DNA of 64,000 bases from an uncultured Clostridia bacterium (GTDB lineage Bacteria; Bacillota; Clostridia; TANB77; CAG-508): positions 24,538 through 88,537 of the forward strand of contig CALXEX010000003.1 in assembly GCA_944387445.1 (NCBI GenBank), in the 5' to 3' direction. The notes below the pieces were generated by a model. The model searched no databases, was not told the origin of the DNA, and saw nothing but the letters and a program-made list of their open reading frames with translations. Shown one piece after another: positions 22,309 to 34,130 of the stretch. Each line of letters opens with the position of its first letter. Positions within the stretch are counted from its first letter, which is position 1. A program made the translations under genes and the position numbers.

Positions 22309-22563
22309 ATGCAATTAGTAAATATTGGATTTGGAAATATTGTATCAGCAGAGAGAATTGTAGCAATTGTTAGTCCAGAATCAGCACCAATTAAAAGATT
22401 AATACAAGAAGCAAAAGATAATAAAACAGCAGTAGATGCAACATATGGAAGAAGAACAAGAGCAGTATTAATTATGGATTCAGGACATGTTATCTTATCA
22501 GCTGTACAACCAGAAACAGTTGGAGGAAGAATTGATAAAGACATTTCACAAGAAGAAAACTAG
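22309..22563 (+). CDS. remA: DUF370 / RemA-like regulatory protein
   Basis: [30 protein letters not shown] is characteristic of RemA/YlzA. Confidence 0.75.
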   Translation: MQLVNIGFGNIVSAERIVAIVSPESAPIKRLIQEAKDNKTAVDATYGRRTRAVLIMDSGHVILSAVQPETVGGRIDKDISQEEN

Positions 22564-22680
22564 ATGATGATTTTGGGGACGGAGAAAAAAATCATCATTT
22601 GATTGATAGTTATAAAAATAGAAATAATAATTAAAATTAGAAAATGATGATTTTTTTCTCCGTCCCCAAAATCATCATTT
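22564..22680. repeat. perfect ~36-bp inverted repeat pair (each arm itself a hairpin) filling the remA-rpoZ intergenic region
   Basis: ATGATGATTTTGGGGACGGAGAAAAAAATCATCATT ... 45-nt AT-rich spacer ... its exact reverse complement. Confidence 0.8.
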
Positions 22681-22703
22681 AAAAAGAAAGGAATGAATAG
22701 AAA

Positions 22704-22895
22704 ATGATAGTAAAACCTAGTGTTTCAGAATTACTCACAAAAGCAAACAATCGTTATGAATTAGTAATTGCAACAGCTAGAAGAGCAAGACAAATTGCTT
22801 CTGGTGCAACACCTTTAGTAGAGACCAAAGAGGAATCACCAGTAACAATCGCAGCTATTGAAATTGCAGAAGGGAAGGTTACAATAGAATGTTAG
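22704..22895 (+). CDS. rpoZ: DNA-directed RNA polymerase subunit omega
   Basis: YELVIATARRARQI motif. Confidence 0.8.
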   Translation: MIVKPSVSELLTKANNRYELVIATARRARQIASGATPLVETKEESPVTIAAIEIAEGKVTIEC

Positions 22896-23470
22896 TCATA
22901 TTATCTGGAGTAGCAGGCGCAGGAAAAGATACAATAAAAAGAGAACTAATCAAACGAATGGAAAATGTAGAATCACTTCCTTCATTTACTTCAAGACCAA
23001 TCCGTGAGGGAGATGTAGAAGGAGGAACTTATCATTTTGTATCAAGGGAAGAGTTTGAAGCAATGATAGAAAATGAAGAGTTTTATGAATATGATATTCA
23101 TCATAATCAATATTACGGAACTTCTAGAAAATTATTGAATGAAAAAATAAAAAGTGGAAAAATTATTGTAAAAGATATTGATGTGAATGGAACAGAACAT
23201 TTAAAAGAATTGTTGGGAAATGATACAAAAGTTGTTACCATATTTTTACGAGTTCCAAAAGAAGAATTAAAACACCGATTGGAAAATAGAATAGACAAGC
23301 CAAGCCCACAAGAAATCATATTACGTTTAAACCGTTTTGATTATGAAGAATCTAGAATTAGTTTATATGATTATGTATTAAAAAACAATGATTTGGAAAA
23401 AACTGTACGAATTATTATGACTATTATAGAAAATGAAGTAAGATTGGAGAAAGAAGAAAATCAAAATTAG
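22889..23470 (+). CDS. gmk: guanylate kinase
   Basis: P-loop SGVAGAGKDT and SFTSRPIREGDVEGGTYHFVS; overlaps the rpoZ stop. Confidence 0.75.
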   Translation: MLVILSGVAGAGKDTIKRELIKRMENVESLPSFTSRPIREGDVEGGTYHFVSREEFEAMIENEEFYEYDIHHNQYYGTSRKLLNEKIKSGKIIVKDIDVNGTEHLKELLGNDTKVVTIFLRVPKEELKHRLENRIDKPSPQEIILRLNRFDYEESRISLYDYVLKNNDLEKTVRIIMTIIENEVRLEKEENQN

Positions 23471-23579
23471 ACAATCCTATTATAAATATACAAAAATAAG
23501 CATGAATAGAAATATTTATGTTTATTTTTTTTCTTTTGGATGATATAATGGAGAAAATGTAATAACTAAAGGAGCAAAC

Positions 23580-24410
23580 ATGAATAGCTACAATGATTTA
23601 AACAAATTAATAGAAGAAATAGAAAACAATTTAAAAAATGAAATAGATTATCAGCAGTTAGCTAAGATATTGGGAACGTCTACATATACAATGCAAAGAA
23701 TTTTCACATTTTTAACAGGAATTACGATTACAGAATATATTAGAAAAAGAAGATTAAGTAAAGCGGCTGAGGAATTAAGAAAAACCAATCATAAAATTAT
23801 TGATATTGCTATACAATATCATTATGATTCACCTGTTTCATTTTCGAATGCTTTTAAGAAAATGTATGGAGAATCTCCTGCAAATTTTAGAAAACGAAAG
23901 ACACGAATGACCATTTATCCAAAACTAGAATTTCATTCTGCCGTAAAGAGCATGGAAGCATTAAGTTATAGAATTGAAGAAAAAGAAGAGCAAATTTATT
24001 ATGGAAAGGCTACAAAAGTTATATCTGGAACAGATAAAAAGTCAATACAAGCATTATATGCAGAATCTAGAAGAGATGGAACAATAGATTTTTTAAAAAA
24101 ACATCATGAGGGAAAGGCTTTATATTATGGAATTTATGAAGATATTTATAGAAATGGTGAATATCAAAAAATAGCAAAATATTATTTAGTAGGAAAAACA
24201 CCAAAGAAAGACTTTATACAAGTAAATATTCCAAAAGCAAAATGGGCATGCTTTACTGTACAAAATCGTAAACAAAAAGATATCTTAAAAGTATATCAAA
24301 ATATCTATTTTAATTGGTTACCAAATTCAGAATATACAAAAATTTTAGAATATCCTAAATTAGAAATTTATTATCCGAATTATAGCGAGATATGTATTGC
24401 AGTGCAATAA
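23580..24410 (+). CDS. AraC-family transcriptional regulator with GyrI-like effector domain
   Basis: N-terminal AraC HTH (ITITEYIRKRRLSKAAEEL...HYDSPVSFSNAFKKMYG). Confidence 0.7.
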   Translation: MNSYNDLNKLIEEIENNLKNEIDYQQLAKILGTSTYTMQRIFTFLTGITITEYIRKRRLSKAAEELRKTNHKIIDIAIQYHYDSPVSFSNAFKKMYGESPANFRKRKTRMTIYPKLEFHSAVKSMEALSYRIEEKEEQIYYGKATKVISGTDKKSIQALYAESRRDGTIDFLKKHHEGKALYYGIYEDIYRNGEYQKIAKYYLVGKTPKKDFIQVNIPKAKWACFTVQNRKQKDILKVYQNIYFNWLPNSEYTKILEYPKLEIYYPNYSEICIAVQ

Positions 24411-24518
24411 TTTAATAAATTTGATATCAAAAAAATAAAGTTACATACCTTTATTAGATATATAGTCTAATAAAGGTATTTTATATTATATGAAAAAGAA
24501 AACAAAGGAAAGAAAAAG

Positions 24519-26183
24519 ATGAAGATTTTTGAAGGAATCACAAAATATATAATCATATTAATTTTATTTAGCCTTCTCATTTCTTATTGTAACTTGCAAA
24601 TAGCCATGTATATTCGTTATGCAATAGATGGTATCTTATTTCATAATTTAGAAGAAATTCCGAAATTCATACAACCAATCATAGAAATGGATATTATCAG
24701 AAGTTTAATCATTTTAAGTGGTATCATTATGGGAATTAGAGGCATATTGGTTTTCGTAAATTATATAAGGGAAAGAATAACCACAAAATTCACATTAAAA
24801 ATTGGTGCAAATTTAAAAGAAGCATTATATGCACATATATTAAAATTAGAATATGATAGTTATTATTCCTATAGTAAAGTAGAAATGCTACAAAGAGTAA
24901 ATGAGGATGCAAAAGCGTATAGCAATTTTTTTAAAGTACAGTTTAATGTGATATTAGATATTGTATCTTTAAGTATTTTTATTATCATACAAGGTGTTAC
25001 GCTAAATGTATCTATTACGATATTCTTGATGGTAACAATAGTGGTTATGTTACTATTTGCCTTATGGTATTACCGAAAAATGACACAAATGTTAGAAGCA
25101 TTGATTTATAAGAAAAAGCAACTATTAGGGGCAACCATTCAAAATATTCATAATTTTAAATTTGTACGAATTTATAACAGACAAAAAAAGGAGATACAGC
25201 AATATAAAAAGTTAAATCAAAATTATACAAAGGAAGATATCAAATTTATAAAGTTTGTTTTATTTTATGAAATTATTAGTGAACATATTATCTATTTAAA
25301 AAATCCAATATGTTATTTATTAGGGGGAATTTCTATTATTAATGGAAATATGACACTAGGAGCATTAACTGCTTTGATTTTATTATCTGACAAGATCTTA
25401 TGGTGTTTATATTCCTTTGGAGAAAATTTAGAAGTTGTAGATACTTTTTTTGTGGTAAGAAAAAAGATAAAAACATTGATGGATTTAAAGGAGGAAACAG
25501 AGAAAAATTATCACTATAGTTTAGATGGAGAGATTGTATTTCATAATGTTTCGATAAACATATCAGAAAGAGAAATTTTACGTAACTTAAACTTTTGTAT
25601 AAAAAAAGGAGAAAAAGTAGCGATTATTGGAGAAAATGGAACAGGAAAAAGCATGATAGCAAGAGCTATTATGGGAATTGGAAATATAGAAGGAGATATG
25701 TATCTAAATTATCATAATGTGAAACAATTAGATAAGTCTAATATAAGGGAATATATAGAATATATTTCAGGAGAGGGAGATGTATTTATTGGTACAATAA
25801 CAGAAAATATATTATTGTGGGAAAGGAAAAGCCAAAAAGAATTAGAAAATGTCATAAAAGAAGTGGCATTTGATAAAGATATAAAACAATTAGAACAAGG
25901 ATATCAAACATTAATAGGAGAAAAAGGAGTAAAACTTTCAGGAGGGCAAAAACAAAGAATTTTAATTGCAAGAGCTTTGATGAGAAAGAAACCAATTATG
26001 ATATTTGATAATGCATTTAGTAAACTAGATGGAAAAACAAGTAATCAAATTCTTAAAAATTTAACTATACATTATCCAGAAACAACCATGATTTTTATTA
26101 CACATAAACCAGAAATTAGAAACTATGTAGATAAATGTATAAATATAAGAAATAAAACATCGGCAATAGAAAAGATAAAATAA
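24519..26183 (+). CDS. ABC transporter, fused permease/ATP-binding subunit (exporter type)
   Basis: TMD followed by an NBD with GENGTGKS, LSGGQKQR and a Walker B. Confidence 0.75.
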   Translation: MKIFEGITKYIIILILFSLLISYCNLQIAMYIRYAIDGILFHNLEEIPKFIQPIIEMDIIRSLIILSGIIMGIRGILVFVNYIRERITTKFTLKIGANLKEALYAHILKLEYDSYYSYSKVEMLQRVNEDAKAYSNFFKVQFNVILDIVSLSIFIIIQGVTLNVSITIFLMVTIVVMLLFALWYYRKMTQMLEALIYKKKQLLGATIQNIHNFKFVRIYNRQKKEIQQYKKLNQNYTKEDIKFIKFVLFYEIISEHIIYLKNPICYLLGGISIINGNMTLGALTALILLSDKILWCLYSFGENLEVVDTFFVVRKKIKTLMDLKEETEKNYHYSLDGEIVFHNVSINISEREILRNLNFCIKKGEKVAIIGENGTGKSMIARAIMGIGNIEGDMYLNYHNVKQLDKSNIREYIEYISGEGDVFIGTITENILLWERKSQKELENVIKEVAFDKDIKQLEQGYQTLIGEKGVKLSGGQKQRILIARALMRKKPIMIFDNAFSKLDGKTSNQILKNLTIHYPETTMIFITHKPEIRNYVDKCINIRNKTSAIEKIK

Positions 26184-26233
26184 GCTTGGAAAAAAGCAAT
26201 TTTTCTTATGCAAGAACAAAAGGGAGAAAATGT

Positions 26234-27920
26234 ATGAAAGAAACTTTGAAGAAATTAAAAAAAATGTATCAACATACAGGGTATCATAAAAAATTTATCG
26301 CTTTATGTATGTTAATTATTGTGACAGCGATTATCGAAATGATGACAGTTCCTCGTATTGTAGAGAAAATATTAGATGTAGAAATACCGGAGCAAAATGT
26401 GAAAGGATTGGTTCTATGGGTATGTATATATATATGTATATTACTACTTCAATGTTATATGGTTTTAAAGCATTGTGAAATGCGTTCTCTTTTATCTAGA
26501 TGGATAAAAAGTGATTTAAGAAATGCAATATTTGAAAAGCTTCAAAGGGTAAAAGCTAAATTTTTTGACCAAAATGCATCAGGACTTATTTTACAATTTT
26601 TACAAGAGGACACACAAAACTCAGGAGAATTGTTTCCAATTCGATTAGTAGAAATGCTTGTAATGGGACTAGCACGATTTGGAATTATTGTGATTTTTTT
26701 AATATGGACAAATATACAAATAGGATTTATGATTTTAGGGTTATATGCTCTTGGACTTGGTATTACTCTATTATTCAATCGAAAAACAATGGTAAGAATT
26801 TCGGAAATTAGAAAGATTAATGCCAGTATCTATACAACCATTAATGAGGGGATACAAAGTTTCTTTAGTATAAAATTATTAGGGATTGTGAACAAAAGGG
26901 TACAATTATTACAAGAAAAATTAGAAGAATATAATCGTGAAAATACAAAATTAGAAAAAATTATTAGTACATATAATGCCATATTTACCTTTATTACTTC
27001 ATTATCTACCATTATCATTATCTATTTTGGAGGAGTAGAGGTGATTCAAGGTGTGATGACTTATGCACAAATTATGATTATGATAGATTATGCTTCTTAT
27101 CTGACATCTGAATTTAGTTGGTTTACAAGACATTTAACAGATATTAAGGAAAGTTTTTTTGCATATGAAAATATATTAGAACTATTAGAAGAAACAGAGG
27201 AGGAGGATTTAGAGGCAGGAGAGAAGATAAAAGAGAAAATAACGAGTATTGCATTTCAGCATGTATATTTTTCATATAATGATGATAAGAAAAATATAAA
27301 AGATGTCTCTTTAGATATACAAGAAAATGAGAAAATTGCCATTATTGGAAAAACAGGAGCTGGAAAAACCACCATTACCAATTTATTAACTAGATTGTAT
27401 GAACCACAAAAAGGAGAAATCCTGATAAATGGAAAAGATTATAGAGAATATAGTATTTCATCTATTAGACATAAGATTGGATATATTATGCAAGAAGTTC
27501 AAATTGTACCAAACACTATTATTGATAATATAAAATATGTTAATAAACAGATAACCAAAGAAGAAATTATTAGGATTTTTAAAATGTTAAAATTACATGA
27601 AAAAATTATGACATTACCAAAAGGATATAACAGTAATATATATGAAGAAACAGATTTGTTTTCAGCTGGTGAAAAGCAAATTATGAATTTTGCTAGAATT
27701 ATGGCAATGAATCCAGATATTATTATCTTAGATGAGGTAACTTCTAATTTGAGTTGGAAAAATGAAGAATTAATAAAAAATGCGATAGAAAAGGTAAGTA
27801 AACGGAAGAATTACTATTATGATTGCACATAGATTAAATGTGCTTGAAAATTGTCAAAAAGTGATAGAGATGAAGGAAGGAAAAATTGTATCTGCAATGT
27901 TTGACAACAAATTGACATAA
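26234..27920 (+). CDS. ABC transporter, fused permease/ATP-binding subunit; interrupted as sequenced by a +1 frame break at in-frame CGG 27803-27805
   Basis: The ORF stops at 27832, but deleting one C gives ...VSKGRITIMIAHRLNVLENCQKVIEMKEGKIVS... ending at TAA 27918-27920 (H-loop restored). Confidence 0.75.
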
Positions 27921-27987
27921 TTTCATTTGTATGATATAAAATGAAAGAAGAAGCTTGTTGTAAAACATTCTCGTAGAAGGAGGAAAA

Positions 27988-28197
27988 ATGGCATTAAAGA
28001 AAAAAGCAATCTTAAAATGGTTGGAAAAACCGGAAGGTAATTTTGATGAACTGAAGGAGGCTTTTGATGGAAAAGTGAGTAAAAATAGCATCTTAACTCC
28101 TAAAAATGACGACTGTCAAATGCGATTAGGCCCGTTTCCGGAGGGAACAAAAATGGTGCCTCCTGCTAGTAGAGGTGTATCTCGGTTTAAAAAATGA
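27988..28197 (+). CDS. small hypothetical protein (69 aa) with its own promoter, strong SD and intrinsic terminator
   Basis: TTGACA-17-TATGAT(ATAAAAT) promoter, AGGAGG SD, and a hairpin plus T-tract at 28282-28318; in-frame CGG near the C-terminus. Confidence 0.45.
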   Translation: MALKKKAILKWLEKPEGNFDELKEAFDGKVSKNSILTPKNDDCQMRLGPFPEGTKMVPPASRGVSRFKK

Positions 28198-28281
28198 GAT
28201 TTACTTTCTAGCTAAAAAGAGGGTGGAAGTAAGGTAGAATAGGGTAATAGAATCAACGAAATCTTACTCTATGATAAACGC

Positions 28282-28318
28282 GGTTAAGTAGTACCACTAC
28301 TTAACCGTGTTTATTTCT
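28282..28318 (+). terminator. rho-independent terminator
   Basis: CGGTTAAGTAGT-ACC-ACTACTTAACCG stem-loop followed by TGTTTATTTCT. Confidence 0.7.
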
Positions 28319-28497
28319 ACCTTTTTAAAGGGGCTAATTTAGAGAAAAATACTTTTTTGAATTTTAATTATAAAGCAAACTCTTGTTTTTATTAAAAAAG
28401 TATAGTATAATGTGACTGAATTAAGATAATAGATTTTATCATATAAAATAAAAAATTTAAAATTGAAATATCAACATAAATTATGGAGGAATAAATT

Positions 28498-31332
28498 ATG
28501 AATGACAAAATAATTATAAAGGGTGCAAAAGAACATAATTTAAAAAATATAAATTTAGAAATACCAAGAGATAAATTAGTTGTTGTTACAGGACTATCTG
28601 GCTCAGGAAAATCTAGTTTAGCATTTGATACCTTATATGCAGAAGGACAAAGAAGATATGTAGAAAGTTTATCTTCTTATGCTAGACAATTCTTAGGATT
28701 AATGGAAAAACCAGATGTAGAAAGTATAGAAGGGTTATCACCAGCCATTTCCATAGACCAAAAAACAACATCAAAAAATCCACGTTCTACAGTGGGAACG
28801 GTTACAGAAATTTATGACTATATTCGTTTGTTATATGCCAGAATTGGTGTGCCATATTGTCCAAACTGTGGTAAGAAAATTGAAAAACAAACCATAGATC
28901 AGATTGTAGATAATATTATGGAATTAGAAGAAGGGACAAGAATTCAAGTATTAGCACCAGTGGTTAGAGGAAGAAAAGGTGAATATACAAAACAATTAGA
29001 GGAATTCCAAAAAGAAGGATTTGTAAGAGTACGTATTGATGGAGAGATGTATGAACTTTCAGATGACATAGAATTAGACAGAAAGAAAAAACACAATATT
29101 GAATTAGTTGTTGATAGATTAGTGATTAAACCAGAAATTTTAAGTCGATTAACAGAATCAGTAGAAATTGCTTTAAAACATGCTAACCAATTGGTGTTAA
29201 TTGATGCAGTTGGAAAAGGAGAAAAATTATACAGCTGTAATTATGCCTGCCCTGATTGTGGTTTTAGTTTTCCAGAACTAACACCTAGAATGTTTTCATT
29301 TAATAATCCGATGGGTGCTTGCCCAACTTGTACAGGAATTGGATATTTAATGAAAATGGATGAAGATTTAATTATTCCAGACAAAAATAAAACTTTATAT
29401 GATGGTGTCAAAGCCTTTGGTTCAAGTACCATGAAAAAAGGTGACACCATGGCAAAAATGTATTTTGAAAGTATCGGAAAACATTATGGAATTGATATCA
29501 GAGGAAAGAAAATCAAAGAATTGCCTAGAAGCTTTATGGAAAAAATCTTGTATGGTACAGGTGATGAAGAAATTGATTTTGAATATGCATCACCAGCAGG
29601 AGTAAGAAGATTTAGAGCACCATTTGAAGGTGTACTTCCAACATTAGATAGACGTCATAATGAAACAAAATCACAAGGAATGCGTGATTTTTATGAAATG
29701 TATATGACGAATTCTCCATGTTATGCATGTCATGGAGCCAGATTAAAACCAGAAATTTTATCTATAAAAGTAGGAGATAAAAATATCAATGAATTAACAG
29801 CCATGTCAATCAATCAAATAAAAGACTATTTAGACAATTTGCAATTAAATCAAACAGAAGCTATGATTTCAGATTTAATTTTAAAAGAAATCCATCAAAG
29901 ACTACAATTTTTAATTGATGTTGGACTAGAATATTTAACACTATCTAGAAGTGCAGGAACTTTATCAGGAGGAGAAGCACAAAGAATTCGTTTAGCAACA
30001 CAAATTGGTTCTGGTTTAACAGGTGTACTATATATCTTAGATGAGCCAAGTATTGGATTACATCAAAGAGACAATGATAGATTATTAGCAACCTTAAAGA
30101 AATTAAGAGATTTAGGAAATACTTTATTAGTTGTAGAACATGATGAAGATACAATGTATGCAGCAGATCAAGTGATCGACATAGGACCGGGTGCAGGAAC
30201 GCATGGTGGACAAGTCATGGCACAAGGAACTGCCGAAGAAATCAAACAAGTGGAAAATTCTATTACAGGAAAATATTTAAGCGGAAGATTAAAAATTCCA
30301 GTACCTAAAAAAAGAAGAAAACATACAAAATCAAAAGTGATTGAAGTACAAGGTGCCACAGAGAATAACTTAAAAAATATTAGTGTGAAATTCCCATTAG
30401 GCGTATTTACTTGTGTGACAGGTGTATCTGGTTCAGGAAAATCTACATTGGTGAATGAGGTACTATATAAAACGATTGCAAAAGAATTAAATGGATCTAA
30501 TGAAAAGCCAGGAAAATGTAAAGGCATTAAAGGAATCAATCAAATTGACAAAATTATCAATATAGACCAATCACCAATCGGAAGAACACCACGTTCAAAC
30601 CCAGCAACATATACAGGCGTATTTGATTTAATAAGAGACATCTTTGCCGAAACAGAAGAAGCAAAACTAAGAGGATATCAAAAAGGAAGATTTAGCTTTA
30701 ATGTTGAAGGTGGAAGATGTGAAAGTTGTAAGGGTGATGGTGTTCATAGAATTGAAATGCATTTCTTACCAGATATTTATGTACCTTGTGAGGTATGTAA
30801 AGGTAAAAGATATAACAGAGAAACCTTAGAGGTAAAATATAAAGGAAAAACGATTGCAGATGTGTTAGATATGACTGTTGAAGAAGCTTTACAATTTTTT
30901 GATAAAATTCCAAGAATTAAACAAAAAATTCAAACTTTATATGATGTAGGACTAAGTTATATAAAACTAGGACAACCATCAACAACGTTATCAGGAGGAG
31001 AAGCACAAAGAGTAAAATTGGCAACAGAATTATCTAAAAAGGCAACAGGTAAAACATTGTATATTTTAGATGAACCAACTACGGGACTTCATATCGCAGA
31101 TGTTCATAAGTTAGTGGACATTTTACAAAGATTAGTCGATACAGGAAATACAATTATTGTAATTGAACATAATTTGGATTTAATCAAAACTTGTGACCAT
31201 ATTATTGATCTAGGTCCAGAAGGTGGAGATAATGGTGGAGAAGTTGTTGCTGTAGGAACACCTGAACAAGTTTGTTTAAATGAGAAAAGCTACACAGGAA
31301 AATTTTTAAAGAAATATTTAGAACAAAATTAA
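28498..31332 (+). CDS. uvrA: excinuclease ABC subunit A
   Basis: Two ABC ATPase modules with zinc fingers ([16 protein letters not shown]) and the canonical UvrA N-terminus. Confidence 0.95.
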   Translation: MNDKIIIKGAKEHNLKNINLEIPRDKLVVVTGLSGSGKSSLAFDTLYAEGQRRYVESLSSYARQFLGLMEKPDVESIEGLSPAISIDQKTTSKNPRSTVGTVTEIYDYIRLLYARIGVPYCPNCGKKIEKQTIDQIVDNIMELEEGTRIQVLAPVVRGRKGEYTKQLEEFQKEGFVRVRIDGEMYELSDDIELDRKKKHNIELVVDRLVIKPEILSRLTESVEIALKHANQLVLIDAVGKGEKLYSCNYACPDCGFSFPELTPRMFSFNNPMGACPTCTGIGYLMKMDEDLIIPDKNKTLYDGVKAFGSSTMKKGDTMAKMYFESIGKHYGIDIRGKKIKELPRSFMEKILYGTGDEEIDFEYASPAGVRRFRAPFEGVLPTLDRRHNETKSQGMRDFYEMYMTNSPCYACHGARLKPEILSIKVGDKNINELTAMSINQIKDYLDNLQLNQTEAMISDLILKEIHQRLQFLIDVGLEYLTLSRSAGTLSGGEAQRIRLATQIGSGLTGVLYILDEPSIGLHQRDNDRLLATLKKLRDLGNTLLVVEHDEDTMYAADQVIDIGPGAGTHGGQVMAQGTAEEIKQVENSITGKYLSGRLKIPVPKKRRKHTKSKVIEVQGATENNLKNISVKFPLGVFTCVTGVSGSGKSTLVNEVLYKTIAKELNGSNEKPGKCKGIKGINQIDKIINIDQSPIGRTPRSNPATYTGVFDLIRDIFAETEEAKLRGYQKGRFSFNVEGGRCESCKGDGVHRIEMHFLPDIYVPCEVCKGKRYNRETLEVKYKGKTIADVLDMTVEEALQFFDKIPRIKQKIQTLYDVGLSYIKLGQPSTTLSGGEAQRVKLATELSKKATGKTLYILDEPTTGLHIADVHKLVDILQRLVDTGNTIIVIEHNLDLIKTCDHIIDLGPEGGDNGGEVVAVGTPEQVCLNEKSYTGKFLKKYLEQN

Positions 31333-31403
31333 AAAGAAAACAAAAAGAACTTATGTTAATATGAGATTAAACATAAGTCCTTTTTTGATTCCTGTCATCG
31401 ATA

Positions 31404-31982
31404 TTAGAAAAATATTTCAAAGCATTTTCTAAAATTGAGAGTTACATTGTCAAACTTGAAGGACATGTGCCCTTTTGAAAGATCTAATTCTTGAATTGGT
31501 TTATACCAACCAGGCTTATGTGTCCAGATTTTTTCTCCTTCCCAAGTAATTGATTCTCGTATAAAATGCCATCCAGAAGACACTGGATTGGTATAAAGAA
31601 GGATTTTATATGAATGTGATGAACTGGATTTGAAAAAGTCACATTCTACAGCATGTAGGCCCAAGAGGGCACAGTCTCTCTTTACACATGTTGCAAGACA
31701 TTTAATTTCAAATGGAGTGAAAGCATATTTGCTCCCAGATAGAATATTTTTACCTAGAATGTGTAATACATTTTCAAGTTCATCATCATCAAAAATGTCA
31801 CTCTCATTAAAAAGAGCAGTTATTTTTCCAGGAGAATAACACCGTTGCGTTTCATCTGGATAGTGAAGTCCCAAAGCATGGGCATAGCAATTTGTATTTT
31901 CCTGATTTCGATATTCCGGACAAAAAGGCGGGAAATCTCCCATTGATTTTTTGATTTCTTCAAAAATTTTTTTAGATTCCAT
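31404..31982 (-). CDS. hypothetical protein (192 aa), slightly GC-elevated
   Basis: Long ORF with one in-frame CGG (plus-strand CCG at 31842-31844) read as Arg in a continuing frame. Confidence 0.5.
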   Translation of the reverse strand: MESKKIFEEIKKSMGDFPPFCPEYRNQENTNCYAHALGLHYPDETQRCYSPGKITALFNESDIFDDDELENVLHILGKNILSGSKYAFTPFEIKCLATCVKRDCALLGLHAVECDFFKSSSSHSYKILLYTNPVSSGWHFIRESITWEGEKIWTHKPGWYKPIQELDLSKGHMSFKFDNVTLNFRKCFEIFF

Positions 31983-32201
31983 AAAATTCCTTTCTTTTTA
32001 ATAGCTACCTGAACAATATGATAGCTGAATACATGGTTAATTGTTACATATATATATTAACATAAAACTGATTAAAATACAAATATACGTTTTTGTATAA
32101 ATTATTTTTTTTTACAAATACTAAACATTAATATAGAAAAATTGAATTTTAAGGTTACCCCATAGGGGTCAAAAAATTGTGTTGCATGAAAGGAGAGAGG
32201 T

Positions 32202-33137
32202 ATGTTTAATTTTAGAACAGATTTAGCACTTGAGAGAAGAGAAATATACAGAACAGCAAATAAATTAGAAAATGAAATTAATGGGATAGAAAGTGAAGAG
32301 CAACAAGTTGATGAAAATATAAAAGTAGATAGAGTAAAAATAACCAATGAAGAAGGAGAAAAGGCAATCGGAAAGCCAAAAGGTGTGTATGTAACGATTG
32401 ATATTAAAAATTTAAAAATTGCAGGAGAAGAAGAAATCCAAAAATCAGCAGATACAGTATCAAATGAATTAAGAAAAATTGTCGATAGTCATGTTGACAA
32501 AAATGGAGAGATATTAGTGGTAGGACTTGGAAATATTTACGTAACACCTGATGCACTAGGACCAAAAGTCATCAATGATATAGAAGTTACAAGACATATG
32601 ATAAAATATTTACCACAATATGTAAAAGAAGGTGCTAGAAATGTAAGTGCCATATCACCAGGTGTATTAGGAACAACAGGCATCGAAACAGTAGAAATCT
32701 TAAAAGGAATTGTTGATAATACACATCCTAAATTATTGATAGTGATTGATGCATTGGCTTCTAGAAGTATAGAAAGAATTAGCAGTACTGTACAAATATC
32801 AGATACAGGAATTGTACCAGGTGCAGGTGTAGGAAATACCAGAAAAGAAATTAGTCAAAATACATTAGGAATTCCAGTAGTAGCAATAGGAATTCCAACA
32901 GTTGTAGAGACAGCAGTTTTAGTAAATGATTCTTTAGATTTATTTATTACAAAATTACAAGATGAGGCAAAATCTAATGAGTATTTAAATCAACTAAAAG
33001 AAGAGGATAATTATGAAGAAATAAAAGAAGCTTTAGTTCCACAAGATTATAATTTGATTGTTACTCCAAAGGAAATTGATGGATTAATTGAAAATATGAG
33101 TAAAATTGTTGCAACAGGGATTAATCAAGCAATATAA
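32202..33137 (+). CDS. gpr: germination protease (spore endopeptidase)
   Basis: GPR-family sequence (ILVVGLGN...TPDALGP...IDALASRS). Confidence 0.75.
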   Translation: MFNFRTDLALERREIYRTANKLENEINGIESEEQQVDENIKVDRVKITNEEGEKAIGKPKGVYVTIDIKNLKIAGEEEIQKSADTVSNELRKIVDSHVDKNGEILVVGLGNIYVTPDALGPKVINDIEVTRHMIKYLPQYVKEGARNVSAISPGVLGTTGIETVEILKGIVDNTHPKLLIVIDALASRSIERISSTVQISDTGIVPGAGVGNTRKEISQNTLGIPVVAIGIPTVVETAVLVNDSLDLFITKLQDEAKSNEYLNQLKEEDNYEEIKEALVPQDYNLIVTPKEIDGLIENMSKIVATGINQAI

Positions 33138-33274
33138 CTAGATAAATGATAGATAAATGATAAACTTGTAGAAATTGTAGAAAAATGGTTGAAAAAATTT
33201 TCTTCTTAATATATAATTCTTATAGAATAGGAAAAAATTTTCTATTTAGCAAAAATAAGAAAAGAGGGATTTCT

Positions 33275-34033
33275 ATGGATAAAGAAGAAAATGTAAATGA
33301 GACAAAAAAAGAAGAAGTAAAAAAAGAAAAAGTAGAAGAACCAAAATTCAGTAAGGTATCAGGAAAAGATTTAAAAAAAGAATCAGAGATGAATCATATA
33401 GAAAATAAAAAAGAAAAGAAAAACAAGAAAGAAAATAAAGAAAAAGGAAATAAAAAAGTTGGTTATTGGGTTGGTGGAATCATATTATTAGTAGTTGTAT
33501 TAGTAATTGTAACAGCATTATTATTAATACCAACAACTCCAGAAAAAACGGTAGAAGGAATGTTAAATAGTTTAAAAAATGCCGATTTCGAAAGTGTTAA
33601 TAAATACGTAAATTACGATGAAATTGTAAATGAATCAGAAATGTTACAAAATTCAGAAATGGACGAAGAAACGCAAAGTTTATTATTTGATAAATTAACG
33701 TGGAAAATTTTGAATATTGCAAAAGAAGAAAATACAGCTAGTGTAGAAGTAGAAATTACAAATAAAGATTTTGACAAAATAATAACAAATTATACACAAG
33801 AAGCTTTAAAAATAGCTTTTAGTGGGGAATCTTTTACAGAGGAACAACAAAATAACCAATTAAAAGAACAATTAAAAAATGAAGAAGTTGGAACAAAAAC
33901 TGTAACAACAACAATCCAATTAACAAAACAAGATGGTGATTGGAAAGTACAACCAGATGAAAGTTTAGTAAATGCATTATTGCCAGGATTGCAAGAAGCA
34001 ATTAATTCTTTAAACTCAATTATTAATGGATAG
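33275..34033 (+). CDS. hypothetical membrane-anchored protein (K/E-rich N-terminus, single TM, extracytoplasmic domain)
   Basis: ATG at 33275 with an AAAGAGGGA SD; a TM helix VGYWVGGIILLVVVLVIV. Confidence 0.45.
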   Translation: MDKEENVNETKKEEVKKEKVEEPKFSKVSGKDLKKESEMNHIENKKEKKNKKENKEKGNKKVGYWVGGIILLVVVLVIVTALLLIPTTPEKTVEGMLNSLKNADFESVNKYVNYDEIVNESEMLQNSEMDEETQSLLFDKLTWKILNIAKEENTASVEVEITNKDFDKIITNYTQEALKIAFSGESFTEEQQNNQLKEQLKNEEVGTKTVTTTIQLTKQDGDWKVQPDESLVNALLPGLQEAINSLNSIING

Positions 34034-34130
34034 TATCTAGAATGCTATAGAGGAGATGCACCTATAAATATTAAATTCCTATTTAATATTTAGGTGCATT
34101 TTACTTACTATTTTGCAAATATTTCGAAAT

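Noticed and set aside
22704-23470. rpoZ preceding and overlapping gmk (reverse of the usual gmk-rpoZ order) as a possible rearrangement
   Set aside because: Both genes are intact and translationally coupled. This is order variation without evidence of a junction or scar, so it is noted only in context.
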